Source: Thermoleophilia bacterium
GTDB lineage: Bacteria; Actinomycetota; Thermoleophilia; UBA2241
DNA length: 64,000 bases
Reading direction: 5' to 3'
NCBI GenBank assembly: GCA_040769125.1
Contig: JAXGLO010000001.1
Coordinates: 1,565,041-1,629,040 of the forward strand
The notes under the pieces are model-generated. The model was not told where the DNA came from. It did not search any database and saw only the letters and a program-made list of their open reading frames with translations. This document shows, in pieces, positions 47,842 through 55,659 of this stretch. The translations under genes were made by a program, and so were the position numbers. Positions within the stretch are counted from its first letter, which is position 1; the number at the start of each line of letters is the position of its first letter.

Positions 47842-47990
47842 GGCAGTCTCCTCGCTCGGGGAACCAGTGTGCGGTGCTCGCCGCCCGCTCCCCCGGACCC
47901 CTCCCGACGTGATGCCTCGCACACATGACTCGAGCCACGCACGCCGGCACCGAAGGAGAGGACACACTGGTCGCCCCTCGGCCTCGCGCC
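47842..47990 (-). ncRNA. Candidate structured 5' leader RNA
   Basis: GACCAGTGTG/CACACTGGTT and CGGTGC/GCACCG nested stems, with a pyrimidine bulge UCCUCUCCUU complementary to the SD. Confidence 0.4.
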
Positions 47991-48144
47991 TCGCACCATA
48001 TCGCGCCGCATAGATGCACGGTCAAGGGTTACGGGGGTGGACAATTCGACCGCTTCACCGCTTCGAGCCCCGGGGCGCCGAGATCCAGAATGAATGTCGC
48101 GGGCAGGCGTTGACGACGCGCCGAGCGCGCCGCCCGGCAGGCAT

Positions 48145-49401
48145 CTACCCCGGCGCGTTCCCGCCTAGGTTCTTGCTCCCGCCCGAGCCTCCGCCAACCG
48201 GGCTTTCGCCTCCGCCCGATCCTTCGCCTCTGCCCGATCCTTCGCCTCCGGCCAAGCCTTCGCCTCCGGCCAAGTCTCCGCCCCCAGCCGGGCCTCCTCC
48301 CCCAGCCGAGCCTCCGCTCGTGTCGCCGACCGGCCCGCGGCCTCGCGACGCCCGCCGCGGGCTCCACAGCCGCCTCCTCAGGCGGCCGGCGCCCCTCCCC
48401 GCCCTGCCGCGAGCCTCCCGGGCCTGCTCGGCCATCCGCTCGGCCACTTCCCTGGCCCTCGCCCCGGCCTCAGCCGAGAACCGCCTCAGGTCGGCCTTGC
48501 CGATCAGACCCGTCTCGTACCAGAGCTCCGCGGCACGCCCGACAACGTACGTGCCGGCGTAGGCCACCGCGATCTTGGGCACGATCCCGTACCCGGGGAC
48601 GAGGCCGACCAGGGCGGCGGCGGCCTGCCTCCAGACCCAGGCGACACCCACCACCGAGGCGATCTCCGCCATCCGCCGCGGGAACTCCGGCGGCGCCCCG
48701 AAAGCCAGCGCCAGGCGGTACACCATGAGCGCCTGGTTCTTGGTGAGCACGACGGTATCGGCCGCCGATATGGGCAGGCTGAGGACGGGCACGACCGCGG
48801 GCACACCGGTGGCCAGCACGAAGGCGGCGTTGGACAGCGAGACCTCGGCGATGACCCGGCGCGCGACCTCGGCGCGGAGCCCCGGCGCCCGCCGCGCCGC
48901 CGCCAGGTGCAGCCCCGCCGGCAGCCCGCCGAGGATCGCGGCCGCCACACGCTCCGCCGAGTCAAGCGCCTGGGGGTCGACAGCGGTCGGCGCCCGCCGA
49001 TCCAGGCTCGTCGGCCAGGGCCCCGCCTTATCCGCCGCGTCGCCGAAGAGCAGCAGCATCTGCGCCGGACGCTCGACCCGGCTCAGAAGGTCGAGGCCGG
49101 CGAGATCCTCGGCGCCGAGCGGCGCCGAGGAGTCCAGGGCAACCACCAGCAGGTCGGCGCCGCTCACCTCGCCGACGCGGGTGGCGACCTGCGAAGCCGG
49201 GATCAGCGCCAGTGGGCTGGGCGCCAGAGCGAAGCGGTGGGCGCCCCCGCGAAGCAGACGGTGGACGTGCCGCAGAGCGCCGCGGTCGCCGACGCAGGCG
49301 ATGGAGACGCCGCGCTGCGCTTCACGGCGCACGGCATTGACGTCCACCTCGCGGACCGTCCGCCAGATACCTCCGAGATCTGTCCTCTGCGCTCTTGGCA
49401 C
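48145..49401 (-). CDS. DUF697/EcsC-like membrane-associated protein
   Basis: N-terminal P-loop-like alpha/beta region; ADTVVLTKNQALMVYRLALAFG and LVPGYGIVPKIAVAYAGT motifs; Gly-rich 6-aa repeat tail. Confidence 0.65.
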   Translation of the reverse strand: MPRAQRTDLGGIWRTVREVDVNAVRREAQRGVSIACVGDRGALRHVHRLLRGGAHRFALAPSPLALIPASQVATRVGEVSGADLLVVALDSSAPLGAEDLAGLDLLSRVERPAQMLLLFGDAADKAGPWPTSLDRRAPTAVDPQALDSAERVAAAILGGLPAGLHLAAARRAPGLRAEVARRVIAEVSLSNAAFVLATGVPAVVPVLSLPISAADTVVLTKNQALMVYRLALAFGAPPEFPRRMAEIASVVGVAWVWRQAAAALVGLVPGYGIVPKIAVAYAGTYVVGRAAELWYETGLIGKADLRRFSAEAGARAREVAERMAEQAREARGRAGRGAGRLRRRLWSPRRASRGRGPVGDTSGGSAGGGGPAGGGDLAGGEGLAGGEGSGRGEGSGGGESPVGGGSGGSKNLGGNAPG

Positions 49402-49441
49402 GGCTCACCCCACCACAGGGTACGCCATCCCGACGCCGGCG

Positions 49442-49518
49442 CTCACCCCGCAGCCTCAGCCCGCGGCGTTCAGCCCGTGGACTCAGCCCGCGGCGCTCAG
49501 CCGGTGGCGCTCAGCCGG
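49442..49518. repeat. 13-14 bp tandem repeat starting at the mntP stop codon
   Basis: TCAGCC-centred units at 49456, 49470, 49483, 49497 and 49511 (the last contains the TGA), plus a degenerate copy at 49443. Confidence 0.85.
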
Positions 49519-50074
49519 ACAGGTGCTCGATCAGGATCTTGACACCGATGCCCACGAGGATGAGCCCGCCCACAACCTCGACCGGCCGCCCCAGAAGCCC
49601 TCCGAGCCGCCGCCCCAGATGCAGACCCACGGCCGTGAAGGCGAAGGCGACCACGCCGATGATCGCAGCCGGGAACCAGATGTCGACGCCGAGCAGGGCC
49701 AGAGAGAGGCCCACCGCCAGCGCGTCGATGCTCGTCGCCACGGAAAGGACGATCAGCGAGACGCCGCGCGTGCGATCGCGGCAGGCGCGCTCCTCCTCGC
49801 TGCCCCGGAACGCCTCGTAGATCATCTTGCCGCCGATCAAGGCGAGTAGACCGAACGCCACCCAGTGATCGAACCTGGAGATCCAGCCGGCCAGCGAGAG
49901 GCCCGCCAGCCAGCCCAGCACCGGCATCACGGCCTGGAACAGCCCGAAGTGCCAGGAGAGACGCAGCGTGGTGCGCGTGCTCACGTGGGACGCGCACAGC
50001 CCGATGCCGATGGAGACCGCGAAAGCATCCATGGCAAGGCCGACGGCGATCCCCATGAGCGTGACGAGACTCAT
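49511..50074 (-). CDS. mntP: Manganese efflux pump MntP
   Basis: GLAMDAFAVS, FGLFQAVMP, DHWVAFGLL and ATSIDALAVG motifs. Confidence 0.95.
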   Translation of the reverse strand: MSLVTLMGIAVGLAMDAFAVSIGIGLCASHVSTRTTLRLSWHFGLFQAVMPVLGWLAGLSLAGWISRFDHWVAFGLLALIGGKMIYEAFRGSEEERACRDRTRGVSLIVLSVATSIDALAVGLSLALLGVDIWFPAAIIGVVAFAFTAVGLHLGRRLGGLLGRPVEVVGGLILVGIGVKILIEHLSG

Positions 50075-50240
50075 CGCAAACCGACGACGCGGAGAGCGCG
50101 CTCCAGAACGCGCGCGCCGCCGCGCCAGCGAGAGACGATCCCGGGATCGAGCTGAGCTTCGTACACCGTGCCCTCGCGCGTCGAAGGTACTGCCGCGTCC
50201 GACCAGGAACTGGAGATCCGGCCGGCCGCGCGGGGGCCGA

Positions 50241-50270
50241 AGCGTACCGAGCACCGCTCACGGTCGTCAA
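50241..50270 (-). promoter_or_regulatory. SigA-type promoter for mntP, implying a ~160-nt leader
   Basis: TTGACG (50265-70), 18-nt spacer, TACGCT (50241-46). Confidence 0.55.
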
Positions 50271-50291
50271 GCAGCGGCGAGCGCAACCAGG

Positions 50292-50438
50292 CTACGCCAA
50301 TCGCCCCTCGACTGCGTCGGCGGGCGCGTCGTGGCCGCTGGCCAGCAGCTCACCGCCGGCGAGGCGCAGGAGGAAGAGGAGGCCGGCGCCGACAGCTGCC
50401 GCCACGCATACGCAAACAATGAGAACCTTCCTGCGCAT
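50292..50438 (-). CDS. Small single-TM protein (48 aa, below the ORF-track cutoff)
   Basis: MRRKVLIVCVCVAAAVGAGLFFLLRLAGGELLASGHDAPADAVEGRLA*, with GGAGG upstream. Confidence 0.5.
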   Translation of the reverse strand: MRRKVLIVCVCVAAAVGAGLLFLLRLAGGELLASGHDAPADAVEGRLA

Positions 50439-50464
50439 CAGCCGCCAAGCCCTCCGCTCATTTC

Positions 50465-50647
50465 TTACTGGTGTGCGACGGTGTGCGCGTCGCCCAGCCT
50501 CTCAGCGAGACTGTCGACCCTGAGACTGAGGCGCTCAACGCGACGGCTGAGCCGGACGAAGAAACGCACGACGAAGACGAGGCCGACCAGCGCGCCGACG
50601 GCCGGCAGGATCGAGACCAAGGCCCAGACCATGAGTCCGGTATCCAT
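50465..50647 (-). CDS. Small TM + coiled-coil protein
   Basis: MDTGLMVWALVSILPAVGALVGLVFVV...RVERLSLRVDSLAERL; strong GGAGGAGG SD upstream. Confidence 0.6.
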   Translation of the reverse strand: MDTGLMVWALVSILPAVGALVGLVFVVRFFVRLSRRVERLSLRVDSLAERLGDAHTVAHQ

Positions 50648-50956
50648 GCTCAGCAAGGGCGGTCCTCCTCCCTCCTCCCCGCGTGAAGCTCACGAACTCA
50701 GCGACTCTGCTCGATCCATCGCGCAGGGAGCGTGCAGTCGGTGCGTGCACGCGAGCACAGGCGCCCGTTTCCGTAGCACTTCCGTAACACGATGATGAGA
50801 CAATAAGAGCAGGCTGCCTGTTGTAGCGCGTGCCGCGAGCGGCCGGCCGGCGCCGCCTGTCGCGGCATCGCTAGCCGGTGCTATAGTGCGGCTGCACCGT
50901 CCATGCACAGCGACTCGCTACAGCGGGAGCCGCCAAGCCGTCCTCATGAGGTCACA

Positions 50957-51442
50957 ATGCCCCAGATCAACGAGACACGCCTCCCCGGCGTAGGTATTCG
51001 CTTCGACTTCATCACTTGCACCGGCGAGCGACTCGGCGTCATCGCCCATCACAGCGGACGCAGCGAGCTGATCGTCTGCAGCACCGACGACCCCGACGTC
51101 TGCCGCCATGTCGTGCGCCTCGAAGAAGAGGATGTTCGCGCTCTGGCCGAGATCCTCGGCCAGTCGCACGTCACCGAGGAGATGGGAAAGATGCGGCTCA
51201 GCCTGCAGGGACTCTCCCTTGACTGGGTGCCCGTAAGCTCCGGGGCGCCCTGCGCCAACTGCACGCTCCACGATGTTGAGCACCAGGACGAGTCGCCCGC
51301 CACCATCGTCGCCGTCGTGCGCGGCGACGAGACGATCGCCGCGCCGCCCTCCACCTTCGTGCTCGAGCCGGGCGACACGGCTGTAGCGATAGGCACACCG
51401 GAGGGCACCAAAGCGCTCTACGCACTCCTGCAGGGTGGCTGA
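50957..51442 (+). CDS. khtT: K+/H+ antiporter regulatory subunit (RCK_C), KhtT-like
   Basis: ETRLPGVGIRFDF, LAEILG and TIVAVVRG...P...LEPGD...IGT motifs. Confidence 0.85.
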   Translation: MPQINETRLPGVGIRFDFITCTGERLGVIAHHSGRSELIVCSTDDPDVCRHVVRLEEEDVRALAEILGQSHVTEEMGKMRLSLQGLSLDWVPVSSGAPCANCTLHDVEHQDESPATIVAVVRGDETIAAPPSTFVLEPGDTAVAIGTPEGTKALYALLQGG

Positions 51443-51474
51443 CGCATGTCGGTTTCGGCTACGAAGGCCATGGC

Positions 51475-52662
51475 GTGACGCCCCTGCTCGGCTCCTCAAC
51501 GCAGGCCGTCGCCTGGATTCTCGTCGAGCTCGGCGCCGTCCTGCTCATGCTCGCCGTGCTCGCCCGCCTGGCGCGCCGCACCGGCTTCTCGCCGATCCCC
51601 CTCTACCTGCTCGCGGGGCTCGGCATCGCCGCCGTCTCGCCGCTTGACCTCAACAGCACGATGATCGAGGTCGAGACGCAGGTCGCGGTGATCCTTCTGC
51701 TCTTCATGCTGGGCATCGAGTACAACGTCCCGGAGATCTCCGAGAGCCTGCGCACCGGCCTGCCGGCAGGCCTCATGGACATCGCGCTCAACTTCACTCC
51801 CGGCTTCCTCGCGGGGCTGCTGCTGGGCTGGTCGCCGCTCGAGTGCCTGCTCCTCGGCGGCGTCACCTACATCAGCAGCTCGAGCATCACCGCCAAGGTG
51901 CTCGACGACCTCAACCGGCTCGGCAACCAGGAAACCCCGGCCGTGCTCTCGGTGCTCGTGTTCGAGGACCTGGCGATGGCGCTGTATCTGCCCCTGGTGG
52001 CCGTGATGATCGCCGGCGGGGGACTCGCCGTCGGCACGATCTCCATAACCGTGGCCGTAGGCGCAGTGGTGATCATGATGGTGATCGCCGCACGCCACAG
52101 CCATCGCGTGACCCGCCGCGTCTCGCACGACAGCGACGAGGTCGTCCTTCTCACCATCTGTGGCCTGCTGCTCATCGCCGGAGGCTTCGGCGAAGCCCTG
52201 CGCGTCTCGGCCGGCGTCGTCGCCTTCCTGATCGGGCTCACGATCACGGGCTCCCTGGCCGAGCGCACCCGCCAGCTCCTCGAGCCCCTGCGCGACCTCT
52301 TCGCAGCTCTCTTCTTCGTGTTCTTTGGCCTGCAGGTCGACATCGCGCACGTGCCGGATGTTCTCGGAGCGGCCGTCGTGCTGTGGCTCGTCACCTCGGC
52401 GACGAAATTCATCACCGGCTGGTACGGGACGCGCAAGACGAGCGGCGTGCCGGGCCGCTTTCGCGCCGGGACGGCGCTCGTCGCCCGCGGCGAGTTCAGC
52501 ATCGTGATCGCCGGCCTCGCGGTGGCGGCCGGCAGCAGCTCTCTCCTGGCACCGCTGGCGGCCACCTACGTCCTGATCTGCGCGATCACCGGCCCGCTGC
52601 TCACACGTTACGCGGACGACCTGGCGCGGCGCAGCCTTGCGATAGTGAGGCGACTGAGGTAG
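51475..52662 (+). CDS. khtU: CPA2 cation/proton antiporter, KhtU-like
   Basis: SPIPLYLLAG, YISSSSITAKVL, RLGNQET, VFEDL, PLRDLFAALFF and RGEFSIVIA motifs. Confidence 0.87.
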   Translation: MTPLLGSSTQAVAWILVELGAVLLMLAVLARLARRTGFSPIPLYLLAGLGIAAVSPLDLNSTMIEVETQVAVILLLFMLGIEYNVPEISESLRTGLPAGLMDIALNFTPGFLAGLLLGWSPLECLLLGGVTYISSSSITAKVLDDLNRLGNQETPAVLSVLVFEDLAMALYLPLVAVMIAGGGLAVGTISITVAVGAVVIMMVIAARHSHRVTRRVSHDSDEVVLLTICGLLLIAGGFGEALRVSAGVVAFLIGLTITGSLAERTRQLLEPLRDLFAALFFVFFGLQVDIAHVPDVLGAAVVLWLVTSATKFITGWYGTRKTSGVPGRFRAGTALVARGEFSIVIAGLAVAAGSSSLLAPLAATYVLICAITGPLLTRYADDLARRSLAIVRRLR

Positions 52663-52717
52663 ACCGGCCGGCGGACGCCGCGCCATGCATGGGCCCGGAG
52701 CCGCGGGGCAGCCGCGC

Positions 52718-53371
52718 TCAGCCCAGGCCGAGGAAGTCCGGGACGACCTCCGGCGCGACGACATGCAGCAGGTCGAGCGGCGTCTCGGCGATGCTCTCCG
52801 CCCCGGCCTCGAGCAGCAACTCAGGCTCGTGCCACCCCCAGGCGACGCCGACCGGCGTGGCTCCCGCGAGGCGTGCCTCGCGCATGTCGCCGGCGGTATC
52901 GCCGACGTACCAGTAGCGCTCCTGGCCGGGAGCCGCAGCGATCAGCGCCTCGATCTTGGCGACCTTGCTCCAGCCGGCTTCGGCGCCGGCGACCTCGGCG
53001 ATGCCCTCGATGCCGTGCCGATGGAGAAACTGTTCGACGACATCGGCGGAATTGGAGGTGACGACCACCAGCCGACGTACCTCTGCGAGTTCGCCCACGA
53101 GCTGCGGAATGAGCGGGAACGGCCGCTGGGCGAGCAGGCCTACACGTAAAGCGTCGAGCGTGCGCCGCACCGCCACCTCGACCTGCTCCTCGGTGCCGCC
53201 GAGGGCACGCAGCCCGTCGAAGACGTTGCCCTCGTAGAGGGCGAGCACGTCTTCGAGCGTCTCCACCTGAGGCAGGCCGACACGGCGGCAGGCCTCGATG
53301 AGAGCTGCGCCGGCGATGTCCAGGGAGTCGGCCAGAACACCGTCGTGGTCGAACATGAGGAGCGGCGGCAT
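52718..53371 (-). CDS. HAD-superfamily hydrolase
   Basis: FDHDGVLAD, VTSN, K, VGDTAGD and GVAWG motifs; translationally coupled to the upstream gene. Confidence 0.9.
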   Translation of the reverse strand: MPPLLMFDHDGVLADSLDIAGAALIEACRRVGLPQVETLEDVLALYEGNVFDGLRALGGTEEQVEVAVRRTLDALRVGLLAQRPFPLIPQLVGELAEVRRLVVVTSNSADVVEQFLHRHGIEGIAEVAGAEAGWSKVAKIEALIAAAPGQERYWYVGDTAGDMREARLAGATPVGVAWGWHEPELLLEAGAESIAETPLDLLHVVAPEVVPDFLGLG

Positions 53372-54426
53372 CAGACCCCTCCGAACGCCCACGGGTAGGA
53401 GGAGGGCCACCAGCGGGGCCCGTAGCCGAGCTGAAGGGCGAGAGCCGTGGCTTTGATCTGGGCGGCGCCATCGGTAATCGGAGAGCCCCGGTAGGGGTTC
53501 CAGGAGCCCTTCCAGGTGGAAGGGTGGTACTGGTAGAGACCGACGTACCCACCCGGCCCACAGGCGGTGGCCGAGCCACCTGACTCGATCATCATCAGGC
53601 GGTACATGCCGCCTGCATCGACCCCACGTGAGGCGGCAGTACTTCGGATGAGCGGCCACCACTGCCCCTGACCGGCGCCGGAATCGTCATCCGGATCTGA
53701 CTGCGGTTCCACGGTTGAGCCTGGCTGCGGCTCCACGGTCGAGCTTGGCTGCGGTTCCACCGCCGTGCCGGGAGTGACCTTGCGGCTCTTGACCCGCTCG
53801 GCCACAAGTTTGCGGATCCGCGAGCGCTGACCTTTGAGCAGGGCGCGACGCTCGCCGAGCCGGCTGCGGATTGCGGCGAGCTGCTGACTACGCTCCTTCA
53901 CCAGCCGCTCGAGCGCCCGTCTGTCGGAGCGTAGGGAGACCTCGCGCACCGTAAGCTGCCGCTGCATCTTCCCGATGGTATCGATGGCGTCGCTGCGCGT
54001 ACGGACCACACATCGCTGCAGAGCCAGCTGGTCGACGACATCGCGGAAGTCGGCGGCGGAGAAGAGCACGTCGAGGCCGGTAACATCCTCGCGCTTGTAG
54101 AGATCGGCGGCGCAGGCCGCAAGGATGCTGCGCGCCTTCTTCAGCCGGAGCAGCACCCTTGCGCGCAGACGGTCGTTGCGGGAGATCTGCGTCTGTACAG
54201 CGTCGAGCGCAACGGTGGCGCGTGAGAAGGCAATGACGCCGGCGTCGATTCTCTCGTCGAGGCGCACGACCTCCGCGGCAAGCCGGCGAGCCTTCTCGCG
54301 CTCGGCCTTCAACGATGCGGCGCCGGCGGAAGACGGAAGCCCGACCAGGACGGACAGCGCCAGCAGCACGCCGACGCCCACGAGCGCAAAGCTGAGGATG
54401 CAAGGTCTGAGGCGGATGCTGCGCAG
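53371..54426 (-). CDS. Secreted coiled-coil protein with C-terminal lysozyme-like (SLT/Rpf-like) domain
   Basis: Signal peptide, PcsB/CwlO-like coiled coil, (VEPQP) linker, MMIESGG...GLYQYHPSTW...QIKA...W catalytic domain. Start uncertain, possibly a CTG after GAGGAG. Confidence 0.8.
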   Translation of the reverse strand: MRSIRLRPCILSFALVGVGVLLALSVLVGLPSSAGAASLKAEREKARRLAAEVVRLDERIDAGVIAFSRATVALDAVQTQISRNDRLRARVLLRLKKARSILAACAADLYKREDVTGLDVLFSAADFRDVVDQLALQRCVVRTRSDAIDTIGKMQRQLTVREVSLRSDRRALERLVKERSQQLAAIRSRLGERRALLKGQRSRIRKLVAERVKSRKVTPGTAVEPQPSSTVEPQPGSTVEPQSDPDDDSGAGQGQWWPLIRSTAASRGVDAGGMYRLMMIESGGSATACGPGGYVGLYQYHPSTWKGSWNPYRGSPITDGAAQIKATALALQLGYGPRWWPSSYPWAFGGV

Positions 54427-54747
54427 TGGGACTCCTCTGCAGACAGGGGGCCCCGGCCCGCAGACCGGCGCCCGACGCGGCGCTGCGACCGCATGAGTCA
54501 AAAACGTACCAGACAACCGCACGTCAGCACAAATTTCCTCAGCACGACCGGACCGTGCGCCACGCGCAGGCATGCGGACGGACGGAGAGCGCGCCGGAAC
54601 GGCGGCCGGCGAGGCTATCCACGGCTGTCAACTCCTCGCCCGACGCCGCCCGGAGCGTCACTAAGGCAAACCGTAACTCTCTACTTGCACCTTAAACTTT
54701 AGCTTGCGCTTCCTGCTTCTTGGCCGTAGCCGGCTCTCCGCGTCTTC

Positions 54748-54791
54748 TTGACCGCAGCCGGGTCTCTGCGTAAAGTTCAACAAGCGTTGAA
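54748..54791 (+). promoter_or_regulatory. SigA promoter with overlapping TetR-type palindromic operator
   Basis: TTGACC (54748-53), 17-nt spacer, TAAAGT (54771-76); TTCAAC-aagc-GTTGAA at 54776-54791. Confidence 0.8.
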
Positions 54792-54865
54792 TCGTGTTTG
54801 GGTGCCCGCCTCCGGGGCGAGCGAGCGCCGGCCGCCAGTGCCCCGCCGTGACCAAGGGGAGACTC

Positions 54866-55051
54866 ATGTGGGCTATCGCACTGAAGGAGCTCCGCCAGCT
54901 CAGCCGCGACCGGCGCACCCTGGCGATGCTCTTCCTCCCACCCCTCTTGCTCCTCATCGGAGGCAGGACCGCCGTTACGGTCGACGACGACCACCGGGAG
55001 CAGACCGCCGAAGCGGCGCACCGCGCCGGGCGTGCGGAGCGACGGCTGTGA
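54866..55051 (+). pseudogene. ABC-2 type permease remnant (N-terminus only)
   Basis: MWAIALKELRQLSRDRRTLAMLFLPPLLLLI is a typical ABC-2 permease start, but the ORF is only 61 aa. Confidence 0.7.
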
Positions 55052-55659
55052 GCGCCCGGTCGAAGCCGGGCGCCGGGCGCCGACGCCCGGCCGGCAGCGA
55101 CACCCGCGCGGCGATCCTGCGGGCCGCCCGCGCGTGCTTCGCTGAGCGCGGCTACGAGCGGAGCACGATCCGCGCGATCGCCGCCGAGGCAGACGTCGAC
55201 CCGGCCCTCGTGCTCCACTACTTCTCCTCCAAGGACAGGCTCTTCGTCGCCGCCCTCGAGCTCCCCGTGGAGCCTGAGTCTGTTCTGCGGATGGCCGCGG
55301 CCGAAGGGCCGCACAACCTGGGGGCCGCCGTCGTCCGCACTTTCTTCGAGACCTGGGATGCGCCCGAGAACCGCGAGCATCTCGTCGCCATGATGCGTTC
55401 GGCGATGACCAACGAGACGGCCATGAGCATGGTGCGCGAGTACCTGGAGCGCCGCGTCTTCGGCCCGGTCTCGGCCGCCGTCGGCGGCCCGGATGCCGGG
55501 CTGCGCGCCACTCTGGTAGGCTCGCAGCTCATGGGCCTCGCGATGATGCGCTACGTCGCAAGAATCGAGCCCCTCGCGTCGACCCCGGCCGACCAGCTCG
55601 CCGCATTCGTAGGGCCGACGATACAGCGGTATCTCACCGCAGAACCGGAGTTAGCATGA
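55048..55659 (+). CDS. TetR-family transcriptional regulator
   Basis: TRAAILRAARACFAERGYERSTIRAIAAEADVDPALVLHYFSSKDRLF HTH; GTGA overlap with the upstream remnant. Confidence 0.94.
   Translation: MSARSKPGAGRRRPAGSDTRAAILRAARACFAERGYERSTIRAIAAEADVDPALVLHYFSSKDRLFVAALELPVEPESVLRMAAAEGPHNLGAAVVRTFFETWDAPENREHLVAMMRSAMTNETAMSMVREYLERRVFGPVSAAVGGPDAGLRATLVGSQLMGLAMMRYVARIEPLASTPADQLAAFVGPTIQRYLTAEPELA

Noticed and set aside
54430-54660. c-di-AMP (ydaO) riboswitch ahead of the cell-wall hydrolase
   Set aside because: The conserved GAAUC, GGGGAACC and GGGGUGAA elements are not visible.
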